Below are positions 62,332-64,000 of a stretch of 64,000 nt of DNA, piece after piece. Both the position numbers and the translations under genes were made by a program. Source of the stretch: Alistipes sp. (GTDB lineage: Bacteria > Bacteroidota > Bacteroidia > Bacteroidales > Rikenellaceae). The notes beneath the pieces are model-generated. The model searched no databases, had not been told where the DNA came from, and saw nothing but the letters and a program-made list of their open reading frames with translations. The DNA is taken from NCBI GenBank assembly GCA_017935185.1, contig JAGBIC010000028.1:4438-68437 (forward strand), read 5' to 3'. Position 1 is the stretch's first letter, and every line of letters starts with the position of its first letter.

Positions 62332-64000
62332 ATGAAATTAAATCTACGAAATTCAACTCCCTTGCGTAAGTGGGCGCAGCGTGCTGCCACTTTGTTGGTA
62401 GCTATGGGAGTTTGCTGCCTTTCGGCTTTTGCACAGCCAAAGGTAGTGAGCGGTGTTGTTAAAGACGCTGCTGGCTTGCCGGTAATCGGAGCTAACGTCG
62501 TTGAGAAAGGTACAACCAACGGTGTATTCTCTGATGTAGACGGTAAGTATGAACTGAAGGTTGAGGGTAAGTCACCCGTTATTCAGTTCTCATATGTGGG
62601 CTATGTAACACAGGATATTCCTGTAGGTTCAAAGACCACAATCGACGTTACTCTTGAGGAGGATAAGGCTCAGCTCGAGGAGGTCGTAGTTATTGGTTAC
62701 GGTACCGCACGTCGTAAGGACTTGACCGGTGCTATTTCAACAGTTCAGACCGAGAAGCTCTCTACCGAGGCTCCCCGTTCAGTTGCCGACCTTTTGCGTT
62801 CTGCTGCTGCCGGTCTTCAGGTAGGTATGTCTTCTGACGCTGCACAGAACAACGGTTTCTCTGTACGTGGTAAGAACACTCTTTCTGCAGGTTCTTCTCC
62901 GTTGATCGTGTTGGACGGTGTTATCTATATGGGTAGCATGTCTGATATCAACCCGATGGATATCCAGAGCGTTGACGTGTTGAAGGATGCATCTTCAGTA
63001 GCTATCTACGGTGCTAAGGCTGCTTCTGGTGTTATCGCCATCACTACCAAGAAGGGTAAGGGCGAGAAGCCGACTATCAGCTTCAACGCAAACATTGGTT
63101 TCGTTCAGCGTGCACGCCCCGTACACGTAGTTGACGGTCAGGGCTTCATCGATTTCCGTAAGGATTACATGGAGGGTAACCAGACTTACGAGCAGTGGCT
63201 TTCTACTCCCGAGATGTATGATGACCCCCGCACTCTTCAGGGTATTGATCAGTTGACTTGGTACAACTATGACGAGAAGACTCCTGTATCAGCAGTTCCC
63301 GATGAGGAGGCATTGCTTCGTAAGTGGGTAGGTACTCGTTTGAACTTCCAGCCTATCGAGGTTGAGAATTTCTTGGCAGGTATCGAGACAGACTGGGAGG
63401 ACATCGTTTACCAGACTGGTCTTCAGCAGGATTACACAGCTTCTATCTCTAACCGCACAGAGAATACTTCTTACTATTGGTCAGTGGGTTATGCCGATCG
63501 TGAGAGTACAACTGTAGGTGACCGTTTCACTAACCTTCGTACCCGTTTGAACCTCGAGTCAAAGGTTACAAAGTGGTTGACCGTAGGTGTTAACGCTAAC
63601 TTCGCAGAGCGTAAGGGTGGTTATCTTTCAGCTGATACAGGTGTTATTGAGAAGAACTCTCCTTATACCAAGTTCACTTTGGATCCCGATGATGAGTATT
63701 ATCACTATCCTTCTGGTGATAACAACACTAACAACCCCTTCTTCGGTTGGGCACAGATCAATCGTCGCGCAGTTACTCAGACTTTGAATGCTAACCTCTA
63801 TGCAAAGGTTACCTTGCCTTTCGGTATTGAGTATCAGATGAACTACACTCCCCACATGAACTGGTATGAGTATTACAACCACTACTCATCAGAGCGTGAG
63901 GATTATGCCGGTGTAGGTGGTGAGGCTACTCGTCAGCATCAGAAGACCTATAAGTGGCAGTTGGATAACGTGGTACGTTGGAACAAGGAGTTTGGTCAGC
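62332..64000 (+). CDS. SusC/RagA TonB-dependent receptor, 3'-truncated by the window edge
   Basis: Hand-translated (absent from the ORF track): MKLNLRNS...VIGANVVEKGTTNG...EEVVVIGYG...DVLKDASSVAIYGAKAASGVIAITTKKG. Confidence 0.93.
   Translation, partial: MKLNLRNSTPLRKWAQRAATLLVAMGVCCLSAFAQPKVVSGVVKDAAGLPVIGANVVEKGTTNGVFSDVDGKYELKVEGKSPVIQFSYVGYVTQDIPVGSKTTIDVTLEEDKAQLEEVVVIGYGTARRKDLTGAISTVQTEKLSTEAPRSVADLLRSAAAGLQVGMSSDAAQNNGFSVRGKNTLSAGSSPLIVLDGVIYMGSMSDINPMDIQSVDVLKDASSVAIYGAKAASGVIAITTKKGKGEKPTISFNANIGFVQRARPVHVVDGQGFIDFRKDYMEGNQTYEQWLSTPEMYDDPRTLQGIDQLTWYNYDEKTPVSAVPDEEALLRKWVGTRLNFQPIEVENFLAGIETDWEDIVYQTGLQQDYTASISNRTENTSYYWSVGYADRESTTVGDRFTNLRTRLNLESKVTKWLTVGVNANFAERKGGYLSADTGVIEKNSPYTKFTLDPDDEYYHYPSGDNNTNNPFFGWAQINRRAVTQTLNANLYAKVTLPFGIEYQMNYTPHMNWYEYYNHYSSEREDYAGVGGEATRQHQKTYKWQLDNVVRWNKEFGQ

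Overview
Chromosomal window from a Bacteroidales bacterium, most likely Rikenellaceae (Alistipes-like), judged from gene content, TAnnTTTG promoters and AT-rich leaders without Shine-Dalgarno sites. Most of it is core or carbohydrate metabolism: a glycogen cluster, frr, pyrH, sulfonolipid synthase SulA/CapB, cstA, two tRNAs, dxs, fba, GH2/GH43 enzymes, rpoN, asnS, rlmH, outer-membrane barrels and a partial SusC. The main discovery is a ~2.6-kb AT-rich island with no integrase (~26587-29201). It appears to have inserted into the loop of a Rho-independent terminator, whose two stem halves now flank it. It carries a minimal RiPP-like cassette: a radical SAM/SPASM enzyme followed by an unannotated 27-aa peptide (MLKISKKSKVVTKVHMADCYESGGIFH). 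Two more terminator-centred rearrangements occur: an AT-rich orphan gene between duplicated terminators (12817-13964), and a tandem repeat of the fba 3' end and terminator with a REP-like palindrome (34369-34824). All calls come from reading the sequence by eye; no database search or folding program was run.
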